Shown: one piece after another, positions 6,661 through 13,741 of the stretch | Position numbering within the stretch: position 1 is the first letter of the stretch | How the letters are laid out: each line of letters opens with the position of its first letter | From: a virus | Virus record (IMG/VR): IMGVR_UViG_3300009365_000061 | Reading direction: 5' to 3' (one strand) | Length of the DNA stretch: 49,590 nt | The notes under the pieces: generated by a model | Told to the model about the DNA's origin: nothing | Databases searched by the model: none | Seen by the model: only the letters and a program-made list of their open reading frames with translations | Program-made: the position numbers and the translations under genes

Positions 6661-6682
6661 CCGGGGGCACGGAGGCCCCCGG
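6661..6682 (+). terminator. hairpin (possible attenuator/terminator) upstream of queD
   Basis: CCGGGGGC acggag GCCCCCGG followed by ttctcac. No strong T-run. Confidence 0.3.
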
Positions 6683-6699
6683 TTCTCACAAGGAGACCG

Positions 6700-7158
6700 A
6701 TGAAGATTAGCAAAACCCTGGAATTCGATGCCGGACACCGACTCATGAACGACTCCGGCCCCTGCTCCAACATCCACGGCCACCGCTACAAATTAGAGGT
6801 CACCCTCCAAGGGGACTTCAACCCCACCGGACATGGGACCGTGGTCAACTTCAGAGACATCAAGCAGGTCATAAACGATTACATCATCGTCGATTTCGAC
6901 CACTCCCTCATCCTCAACCCCGACGACCGACCCCTCATCGACTTCTGCATCGAGAGACAGTGGAAGACCGTGTTCATGCCCACGGAATGGAAAGAACCGA
7001 CTGCCGAAAACATGGTCACCTACTTCGCCGACATTCTGAGGAGTGCGATTGGGCCGGAAATCGGGACAGATATTCGACTCAAGAAGCTGGTCCTCTGGGA
7101 AACCCCAACCTGTTCAGCAACCTTGGAGGAAGATGAGATATACCCACCGAGCGATTAA
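6700..7158 (+). CDS. queD: 6-carboxy-5,6,7,8-tetrahydropterin synthase (QueD)
   Basis: LEFDAGHRL, CSNIHGHRYKLEV (Cys plus HGH motif), DHSLIL, PTAEN and WETP all match the PTPS/QueD family pattern. AAGGAG lies 5 nt upstream of the ATG. Confidence 0.85.
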   Translation: MKISKTLEFDAGHRLMNDSGPCSNIHGHRYKLEVTLQGDFNPTGHGTVVNFRDIKQVINDYIIVDFDHSLILNPDDRPLIDFCIERQWKTVFMPTEWKEPTAENMVTYFADILRSAIGPEIGTDIRLKKLVLWETPTCSATLEEDEIYPPSD

Positions 7159-7333
7159 CCGACTCAAACTCCTCGACCAAGCATTCAGGGATGTTCAGCT
7201 TGCCATGACCCTTGCCCTCATGGGCATCTTCGCCCATTGGGTGGAATCGAGCATCGGGGCCACTGTATCACTGGTGCTGGCCGGGGCCTTCATGTGGAAG
7301 GGCCAGAATCTTCGGAACCGAGCCATCTCATGA
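7133..7333 (+). CDS. small membrane protein (66 aa, two predicted TM segments)
   Basis: ATG at 7133 with GGAGG just upstream. Overlaps the queD end by 26 nt. Hydrophobic LAMTLALMGIFAHWV and IGATVSLVLAGAFMW. Its stop overlaps the next ATG (ATGA). Confidence 0.5.
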   Translation: MRYTHRAINRLKLLDQAFRDVQLAMTLALMGIFAHWVESSIGATVSLVLAGAFMWKGQNLRNRAIS

Positions 7334-7722
7334 ACTCGGTCTCCTGGCTCCTATTCGGAATAGGCCTTTTTGTCCTTCTGGGGGGTCTCCTCTCCTGGTG
7401 CCTCCGGGGCAAGGCCCGCAGGGCCTACTACCTCCACCTCCGGGCCGAGAGAGGGTGGCGGGATGCCCAAAGGCTCCATGAGAACATGGAACCCTTCGGA
7501 GAGGTCCGCTCCTCTGTCACCGGCGGTGAATACATCTTCCCCACCATGTCCAGTGGAAACTATGTCGACCTCATCGGTAGACAGATGGCCAAGACGGGTG
7601 TAACCTCAAGGGAGGCTGAAAGGGCATTCGTAAAATTAAGTCAAGAATTTGAACAAAAGGGTGAGAGAAAAAATGGTGACGATAGCCATACCGACACTGA
7701 ACCGAAAGGACCTCCTTCTTGA
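7330..7722 (+). CDS. membrane-anchored protein (N-terminal TM helix)
   Basis: ATGA overlap with the previous gene. N-terminus is VSWLLFGIGLFVLLGGLLSWCL followed by RGKARR. The tail overlaps the next gene by 50 nt. Confidence 0.6.
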   Translation: MNSVSWLLFGIGLFVLLGGLLSWCLRGKARRAYYLHLRAERGWRDAQRLHENMEPFGEVRSSVTGGEYIFPTMSSGNYVDLIGRQMAKTGVTSREAERAFVKLSQEFEQKGERKNGDDSHTDTEPKGPPS

Positions 7723-8311
7723 GTGCCTCGACGACCTCTTCCGCAACGGATTCACTGGCCACCTCCTGCTCATCGACAATGGCGACCAACACCTCTCAGA
7801 CATCCCCCTTCTTGAGGGTAAAACCTACACGATTCAGGAGAATCCGGAAAACCTGGGCGTGGCGGGTTCTTGGAACCAGATTGGTCGCATTGTGTTCGAC
7901 ACTATGGGGGAACCCGAAGTCTTCATCCTCAACGACGACATCGCCATGGGTCTCTCTTGGCCCGAAGCGGAGGACCGCTACAAAAGGGTGGGGTCTCTGG
8001 GCCTAATCCGGTCCCCCTACTTCTGGTCGGCCTTCCGATGGACTGCACACCTTCGGAGGGAGGTCGGCCTTTTCGATGAGAAATTCTTCCCCGCGTATCG
8101 GGAAGACAGCGACTACGAGAGAAGGTGCGAATTGGCCGGGGTGGCCGTTTACAGGGACCCATTCTTGGACCCCCAGGTGAAGAGGATGGAATCCTCCGGG
8201 AAGAACGCAGAAGCGATAGGCCCATCGACCATGCGCTACCTTGAGAAATGGGGCGGCCTCCCCGGCCACGAAACCTTCACCACCCCTTTCGGAGGGATGG
8301 TGAAGCTATGA
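7673..8311 (+). CDS. glycosyltransferase, GT-A fold (GT2-like), paralog A
   Basis: IAIPTLNRKDLL, LLIDNGDQ, NLGVAGSWNQ, ILNDDI (DxD-type) and FFPAYREDSDYERR (WbbL-like GT2 pattern). Alternative start at 7649. Confidence 0.75.
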   Translation: MVTIAIPTLNRKDLLLECLDDLFRNGFTGHLLLIDNGDQHLSDIPLLEGKTYTIQENPENLGVAGSWNQIGRIVFDTMGEPEVFILNDDIAMGLSWPEAEDRYKRVGSLGLIRSPYFWSAFRWTAHLRREVGLFDEKFFPAYREDSDYERRCELAGVAVYRDPFLDPQVKRMESSGKNAEAIGPSTMRYLEKWGGLPGHETFTTPFGGMVKL

Positions 8312-8973
8312 CCCGCCTCTGCATTGGAATCCCCACCATCAACTGCGCCGACCTCCTTTTGGTCTGCCTCCGGGGCCTCCAAGACTTGGCCTCCGCTGAA
8401 AACCTCGAATGGTGGATGGTGATTGTGGACAATGGCCACCAGAAGCTCGAATACCCTGCCACCCTGAACCCCCGCATCACGACCCTCATCAATAACGAGA
8501 ACAAGGGCGTGGCCGGGTCCTGGAACCAAATCTGCCGACTCGGCTTCGGCGCAGGGGCCGACAATGTCATGCTCCTGAATGACGATGTTGTCTACACTCC
8601 GGTCCCCGAGGCCCTCATTGCCCTCTGCCTGGAAAACCCCGGTATCACAACTGCCGAGGGTGGCCACCAGGGAGGATTTCAGAATGCACTCATTTCCCGA
8701 AGGGCCTGGGAAACGATTGGACCCTTCGATGAAATTTTCTTTCCGGCCTACTTCGAAGACTGCGACTATGGCTACCGGGCCAACCTCCTGGATATTCCGA
8801 TGGAATCGTCTCCTGATTTGGCTGTCGAAAAACAGGGGGGCAACTCCAACTCTCGGAGGAGGGACCCCTCCTTGAACCGGGGCCTAACCCTGGGGGCGGT
8901 GTATCAGAAGAAATGGGGAGGGGAGCCACATAAGGAAATTTTCACCGAACCCTACAATGGGGAGGCAAAATGA
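8308..8973 (+). CDS. glycosyltransferase, GT-A fold (GT2-like), paralog B
   Basis: ATGA overlap with paralog A. Same motif series: IGIPTINCADLL, VIVDNGHQ, NKGVAGSWNQ, LLNDDV, FFPAYFEDCDYGYR, KWGGEP. Confidence 0.75.
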   Translation: MTRLCIGIPTINCADLLLVCLRGLQDLASAENLEWWMVIVDNGHQKLEYPATLNPRITTLINNENKGVAGSWNQICRLGFGAGADNVMLLNDDVVYTPVPEALIALCLENPGITTAEGGHQGGFQNALISRRAWETIGPFDEIFFPAYFEDCDYGYRANLLDIPMESSPDLAVEKQGGNSNSRRRDPSLNRGLTLGAVYQKKWGGEPHKEIFTEPYNGEAK

Positions 8974-9713
8974 TACGGTTCAAACATTCCGGCGACATCG
9001 GAGATGTTCTATTCTCCCTGCCAACGGCCCGGGAGATTTGCTACCAATGCATGACCGACGACTACGGCTTCACCCCGGCCCTTTTCTACCTGGACCCATC
9101 CGGAACCCCTCCCTGTGGCAACCGATTCGGCCTGGAGGCCGCAGAGGCCCTAGCACCCCTATTGGATGCACAACCCTGGATAGAAGAGGTTCGAATCTGG
9201 GACGATGAAGAGGTTGACTATGACCTCAACGACTTCCGAAAAACTCAATCCTTCATGTGGTTCAAGACGGTCCCCCTCCCCTACCTGTGGGCCGAAGCCT
9301 TCGGGGTTAACAAGAGTGTGTGTCATCGGAAATGGCTGGAGGTGCCCGACATCAACGAGGACCCCATTCCCTTTCCGAGACAGGTAGCCATTTCACGGAC
9401 GGCCCGATACCGAGACGATGCCTTTCCTTGGTATCATATCCTGGAGGCTTTCGGGGACGATGCCTTTTTCGTCGGGCTTGAAGAGGAGAGGGATGATTTC
9501 TGCCTGGAACACGGGATAGAACTCCCATGGATGGAGACCAAAAACCTGCTCGAAGCGGCAAGGCAAATCAAGCATTCGAAACTCTTTATCGGCAATCAGG
9601 GCGGACTGTTCACCATCGCCGAGGGTTTGCAGCACCCGTCGATTGTCGAGACACCTCCCGATTACACTAACAACATCATCAACAATCGGCAGAACTGTGT
9701 CTATATCCGATGA
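8970..9713 (+). CDS. glycosyltransferase, GT9 (heptosyltransferase)-like
   Basis: ATGA overlap. N-terminal HSGDIGDVLFSLPTA and C-terminal LLEAARQIKHSKLFIGNQGGLFTIAEGLQHPSIV resemble the GT9 signature (LGD...P ; a.lfiGnDsG..HlA.al..P). Confidence 0.5.
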   Translation: MIRFKHSGDIGDVLFSLPTAREICYQCMTDDYGFTPALFYLDPSGTPPCGNRFGLEAAEALAPLLDAQPWIEEVRIWDDEEVDYDLNDFRKTQSFMWFKTVPLPYLWAEAFGVNKSVCHRKWLEVPDINEDPIPFPRQVAISRTARYRDDAFPWYHILEAFGDDAFFVGLEEERDDFCLEHGIELPWMETKNLLEAARQIKHSKLFIGNQGGLFTIAEGLQHPSIVETPPDYTNNIINNRQNCVYIR

Positions 9714-9745
9714 AAATTGACTTGGTCAAAATAGGAGGGTTTTTC

Positions 9746-10543
9746 ATGCCGAAGAAGTATCCACTGTTTCTCCAGGCCATGGGGTCTTCACTCGACAAGG
9801 CCGAAATCAAGCGACTGGCTCGAAACCCAGAATACGGCTCGGTCATCACCGGCCCCTACGGAATGACTCGGATGAAGCAGTTGGGGTTGATGGGCAAGGC
9901 CATCGCCATGCTCAACCCCTTCCTCCCCATCCGGCGACATTCCAAGGACTATGACATCTATCCGGCACCGGAGAAGGTCACCGACAGGGACATCAAGCTC
10001 TGGTGGTCCAGCGAATACTACTCCTACGGCTATCCCATGACCATGGAATGGGCGCACACCTTTGCGGATGCTGTGGTCCAATACATCGAGGTGGAGCAAC
10101 CGCTCGGCATCATGCTCGATGACTGGAAATCGGCGCATCGGTGGTGGGATATGTCCGAGGCCGACTACCAACTCATGCACCCACCGAACCTCCCGGAAAT
10201 CCTCGAAACCATTGAGCGTAAAATTTCCGAAGCCCTGTGGGACCGCCCCCAGGGGGGAGTCCTCCTGGTCAACGGCGACTTCCAACGCCGGTCCACCACA
10301 CTCCGGTTCTGGGAAGGGTTCGGCAGGTCCTACAATCCTATCAGGGAAGTCTTCACGAAGGCCGAGCCTGGGGATTATGTTCAGGTGAACGAGCCGACGA
10401 GAAAGAACAAGTTCATGGTGGGGTTCCTGATGGGGCGCAAGAAACATAATCCCATCTGCATCTCGGTTCCTGATGGACAGCGGTTGGTGGAGAATGGTAT
10501 TCTGAACATACCGACACCGAAACAGTATCCATGGAGGTCATAA
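9746..10543 (+). CDS. hypothetical protein (possibly a TIM-barrel glycan-processing enzyme)
   Basis: ATG at 9746 with AGGAGGG 6 nt upstream; alternative ATGA-coupled start at 9710. GIMLDDW and GGVLLVNGD loosely recall GH114-like hydrolase-like TIM barrels. Weak. Confidence 0.7.
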   Translation: MPKKYPLFLQAMGSSLDKAEIKRLARNPEYGSVITGPYGMTRMKQLGLMGKAIAMLNPFLPIRRHSKDYDIYPAPEKVTDRDIKLWWSSEYYSYGYPMTMEWAHTFADAVVQYIEVEQPLGIMLDDWKSAHRWWDMSEADYQLMHPPNLPEILETIERKISEALWDRPQGGVLLVNGDFQRRSTTLRFWEGFGRSYNPIREVFTKAEPGDYVQVNEPTRKNKFMVGFLMGRKKHNPICISVPDGQRLVENGILNIPTPKQYPWRS

Positions 10544-10549
10544 CTGCTT

Positions 10550-10720
10550 ATGAAAATCCAACAAAATCAAAAGAAATCGGTTAAAATCACTAGAGATGCA
10601 AACGAGAAATTAGTTCTGGAACTGAACCGACAGGTCGGGAATGTCCCGGTCATGAATGAACTGTCCCGCGGATGGCACCTCATCAACTGCAAGGACTTCC
10701 TGAATGTATCATCTGGTTGA
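10550..10720 (+). CDS. hypothetical small protein (56 aa, below ORF-track cutoff)
   Basis: Hand translation: MKIQQNQKKSVKITRDANEKLVLELNRQVGNVPVMNELSRGWHLINCKDFLNVSSG*. Fills the gap between 10543 and queE and overlaps the queE start by 17 nt. Confidence 0.4.
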   Translation: MKIQQNQKKSVKITRDANEKLVLELNRQVGNVPVMNELSRGWHLINCKDFLNVSSG

Positions 10721-11366
10721 GATTTTCACCTCACTCCAGGGCGAAGCCTTCTGGACCGGAAAGCCGATGACTTTCATCCGGTTCGCCGGGTGCAATCTGA
10801 CCTGCTCCTGGTGCGACACCGACTGGACCACCAAACTCCCTCCGATGGACGAACAGGACATTGTTGATGCCATCGCCCGGGAGAGAAGGCCTGAGGGTGC
10901 CCACCGGGACCGGCACAAGGTCGATACGGTCTGCCTCACCGGAGGGGAACCTCTCCTCCAGTGTCTTCCGCTCCTTCCACGGTTGAAGGAGGAGGGTTAT
11001 TTTGTCCACATCGAGACCAACGGGACCCTTGATATTCCGGACGAGTCGAAGAAGTATGTGGATTGGGTGACCTGTTCCCCGAAGGTGGGGCAACCACTTC
11101 ACCTGAAAGCGATGAACGAGATGAAGGTGGTTCTGGCCAAGGGAGAGGTGCCCTGTGTTTCGCCGAGAGTGAGGGCACACGATTGGGGCAAGAGTTGTCT
11201 CTACTGGTATGTGCAACCCCGGGGCGGGGACTCTGGATTGGGTCCCGGGATTTCAAATAGCAACAAGATAATCCGAAAGAATGTCAATTGGTGCATCGAA
11301 TACGCGAGCAAGAACCCGCCCTGGCAGGTGTCCTTGCAGATGCACAAGTACCTGAGGTTGAGGTAG
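10704..11366 (+). CDS. queE: 7-carboxy-7-deazaguanine synthase (QueE, radical SAM)
   Basis: N-terminal EIFTSLQGEAFWTGKPMTFIRFAGCNLTCSWCDT matches the QueE signature, including the CX3CX2C-type cluster. Confidence 0.85.
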   Translation: MYHLVEIFTSLQGEAFWTGKPMTFIRFAGCNLTCSWCDTDWTTKLPPMDEQDIVDAIARERRPEGAHRDRHKVDTVCLTGGEPLLQCLPLLPRLKEEGYFVHIETNGTLDIPDESKKYVDWVTCSPKVGQPLHLKAMNEMKVVLAKGEVPCVSPRVRAHDWGKSCLYWYVQPRGGDSGLGPGISNSNKIIRKNVNWCIEYASKNPPWQVSLQMHKYLRLR

Positions 11367-11368
11367 CC

Positions 11369-11938
11369 ATGGGATTTCCAAAGTGCCGAGCGAAGGAATT
11401 TTTCGAGGAGTTGTGTCTCCGGGTGGGCGAGAACCCCATGCGGGAGGGCTTGAGAGAAACCCCCCGGAGGATTGCCGGTGCCTGGGATGCGCTCTACCAG
11501 GGCTATTCCCAGGACCCGGTGAAGATTCTCAGTAGTGCGAAGTTTGAGGCTGAGACCGAACACATGATTATCCTGCGGGACATCGAATTCTTCTCAACCT
11601 GCGAACACCACCTCCTCCCCTTCTACGGAAAGGCCCATGTAGCCTATATCCCTGGCAAGGAGATGGTCGGTGTGTCGAAAATCGCTCGGGCCTTGGATGC
11701 CATCGCCCGGAGGATGCAGGTCCAGGAGAGGCTTACCGGCCAATTGGTTGATGCCCTCCAGACCGCCCTGGAGCCGAAGGGGGTGATGGTGGTCGTCGAC
11801 GCGGTCCACCTTTGCACCCGCGCTCGGGGTGTGGAGAAACAGAATTCCGTCATGACCACCTCGGCCATCTCTGGAGTGTTCAGGGACTCTGGAGAGGCGA
11901 GGGCAGAATGCTTGGGGTTGATTCGTGATGAGCGATGA
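11369..11938 (+). CDS. folE: GTP cyclohydrolase I (FolE)
   Basis: ETPRRIAGAW, FFSTCEHHLLPF, VSKIARALDAIARRMQVQERLT. The ATG at 11369 lies 2 nt after the queE stop; the track start at 11288 lies inside queE. Confidence 0.85.
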   Translation: MGFPKCRAKEFFEELCLRVGENPMREGLRETPRRIAGAWDALYQGYSQDPVKILSSAKFEAETEHMIILRDIEFFSTCEHHLLPFYGKAHVAYIPGKEMVGVSKIARALDAIARRMQVQERLTGQLVDALQTALEPKGVMVVVDAVHLCTRARGVEKQNSVMTTSAISGVFRDSGEARAECLGLIRDER

Positions 11939-12164
11939 CTTTGTGATGACCTATCAGGAATACGCGGAGAACTACTCCGGGGGCCTGTGCCCCGTCTGCG
12001 GGCGATTCTTCCACATCAACGAAGACCATTCGGTGGCCACCTCCTGCAACTGCTTTCAGGAGCCGGTGCTGGTCCAGACACCTGCTTCTTGCGGGGGTGG
12101 CTACCCTACTCTCATAGAAAGGGCTGAATATGAAGGCGATTGTACTCCTGTCGGGGGGAGCTGA
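11928..12164 (+). CDS. small Cys-rich protein (putative zinc-binding)
   Basis: 78-aa ORF overlapping the folE end and the queC start. CPVCGRF...SCNC...SCGGG. Its reality is uncertain because both ends overlap neighbours. Confidence 0.35.
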   Translation: MSDDFVMTYQEYAENYSGGLCPVCGRFFHINEDHSVATSCNCFQEPVLVQTPASCGGGYPTLIERAEYEGDCTPVGGS

Positions 12165-12696
12165 TTCCCGATTACTTCTTCGGAGGATTGCCAATGTCAA
12201 CGGACCCAAGAACACCCTGGCACTCTTCTGCGATTACGGACAACTCATGCCAGAAAAGGCGGCGGCTCGGGTGGCGGCACACCATGAGGGGACACCCTTC
12301 CTGTGCAAGTCTTTCCCTTACACGCCCCCCTCGCACCTGACTGATGTCTACCACCAGGGGAATCCCCATACTACCGAGAAGGTTCCTGAGTCTTGGGTCC
12401 CAGGGCGAAACCTTATGTTGGCATCCATAGCCCTGTCCATTGGGGAGGCCATGGGGGCCGATGCTATCTACTTCGGGTTTAATGCAGAGGACGCGGAGAG
12501 CTATCCTGACTGTTCCCATGAATTCATGGAACACATCAACCACCTCTCCACGAAATGCACCGGACGGCGGATGGCCGTGTCGGCACCGTTCATCAACCAG
12601 CCGAAGGCGGCTATCCTTGCAGAATTGGAGAAGGAGGGCCTCACCGAAGAGGACTACATCTCCGGATACCCAGAGACGAGGCTTGCCGATGATTAG
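12130..12696 (+). CDS. queC: QueC-like 7-cyano-7-deazaguanine synthase, lacking the C-terminal Zn-Cys cluster
   Basis: PP-loop AIVLLSGGADS, WVPGRNLML and SYPDCSHEF align with QueC. Only 188 aa, with no Cys after residue ~150, where QueC normally carries CX8CX2CX2C. Confidence 0.75.
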   Translation: MKAIVLLSGGADSRLLLRRIANVNGPKNTLALFCDYGQLMPEKAAARVAAHHEGTPFLCKSFPYTPPSHLTDVYHQGNPHTTEKVPESWVPGRNLMLASIALSIGEAMGADAIYFGFNAEDAESYPDCSHEFMEHINHLSTKCTGRRMAVSAPFINQPKAAILAELEKEGLTEEDYISGYPETRLADD

Positions 12697-13741
12697 AGTG
12701 GTGATGCAGCACAACGCCATCATGAACTGGTCTCACATCATGCGCGGGCGGTTCGGGGACCTTGCCCGCGAGGTGGGGAAGCAGAGGGAGGGGTTCAATA
12801 TCGGAATTGCCTTCCCTGCGGCCCTCGAACAGAACGAAAAGACCTCCATCCTAGACGACATCTCTCAGAAGGGGGTGTGGGCAACCGGAGCGGCCCTCCA
12901 CGCGGAGGAGGGGGATTGTATCATCGTGACCGATGTCCAGGATGTGGACCCTGGCCCACTCACCGGCCTCAAGGGGTGTTTCAAAATCGGCATGGTCCAC
13001 GGTGGCCCCCATGAACTCTGCGACTTCACCCTCGACCGAGGCCCTGCCTACAGGCCCCTCTTCGAGGCGCAGTTGAAGTGCTACGACCAACTCTGGGTCA
13101 CCACCACCTACCACTCCCACCTCCTTCAGCAGACCTATCGAATCTCGCACGACAAAATCAAGGTGGTGGGTCTGCCCCTCGATGTAAGGCTGGCCATCGG
13201 AGAGAGCGACCTGATTCCCCTGGAGGAGGGCGAGGAATTCGACCTGGACATTCCCTGGGCCGAGAAAAAGGACGAGGTCCTTTTCTGCTCCCGGCAGACC
13301 AAGGACAAGGGCTACGACCTTGCCATGCACCTCGTCAACTCGACGGACCTCCCGGTGAAAATCCAGAGATACTCAACCCGGAGGGGCCTCTATCGAGCCT
13401 TGGCCGAACACAAGTGGGTCCTGATACCCTCCCGGCGCGACACCTTCGGCATCCTGGCCTCGGAGGCCGCGATGTTGGGGTCGGTGCCCCTGGTACCCTA
13501 CTCCTTCTGCTACCCGGAGATTCTAACCCAACAGTGGCCCTTCTACCTGGGCGAGGGGAAGAAGTATAACGAGGACCTCACCCCGGATGTGGTGGCCGCA
13601 TCGGTGGAGAGAATCATGAATATGGAGATACCGGAGTCGGAGATTGACAAGCACCTGTCGGGGGCCGTGGTTCGATATATGCAGTATGATGAGGTGTTCG
13701 ACGCATCGGTCCTGACCCTGTTCTCAAGGTTCGCGGAATGA
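12689..13741 (+). CDS. glycosyltransferase, GT-B fold (GT4/GT1-like)
   Basis: ATG at 12689 overlaps the queC stop by 8 nt, and its stop overlaps the dpdA-like ATG (ATGA). C-terminal domain LFCSRQTKDKGYDL ... PSRRDTFGILASEAAMLGSVPLVP follows the E/FG...EA..G.P pattern. The track start at 12440 lies inside queC. Confidence 0.65.
   Translation: MIRVVMQHNAIMNWSHIMRGRFGDLAREVGKQREGFNIGIAFPAALEQNEKTSILDDISQKGVWATGAALHAEEGDCIIVTDVQDVDPGPLTGLKGCFKIGMVHGGPHELCDFTLDRGPAYRPLFEAQLKCYDQLWVTTTYHSHLLQQTYRISHDKIKVVGLPLDVRLAIGESDLIPLEEGEEFDLDIPWAEKKDEVLFCSRQTKDKGYDLAMHLVNSTDLPVKIQRYSTRRGLYRALAEHKWVLIPSRRDTFGILASEAAMLGSVPLVPYSFCYPEILTQQWPFYLGEGKKYNEDLTPDVVAASVERIMNMEIPESEIDKHLSGAVVRYMQYDEVFDASVLTLFSRFAE

Larger units (their letters stand above)
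6459..6710 (+). pseudogene. methyltransferase 5' remnant fused to an unrelated frame (or chimeric small membrane ORF)
   Basis: MAIELLQGDCLE (duplicate of the MTase N-terminus with its RBS) continues into GC-rich sequence encoding a hydrophobic stretch NYLEFGLCIWCLYWGILGLVYL. No MTase motifs follow. Confidence 0.4.

Noticed and set aside
9185-9205. ggttcgaatc, a T-arm-like string suggesting a tRNA.
   Set aside because: It lies inside the GT9-like CDS (encoding EEVRIWDD), with no acceptor or anticodon stems around it. I found no tRNA-like cloverleaf anywhere in the noncoding regions.
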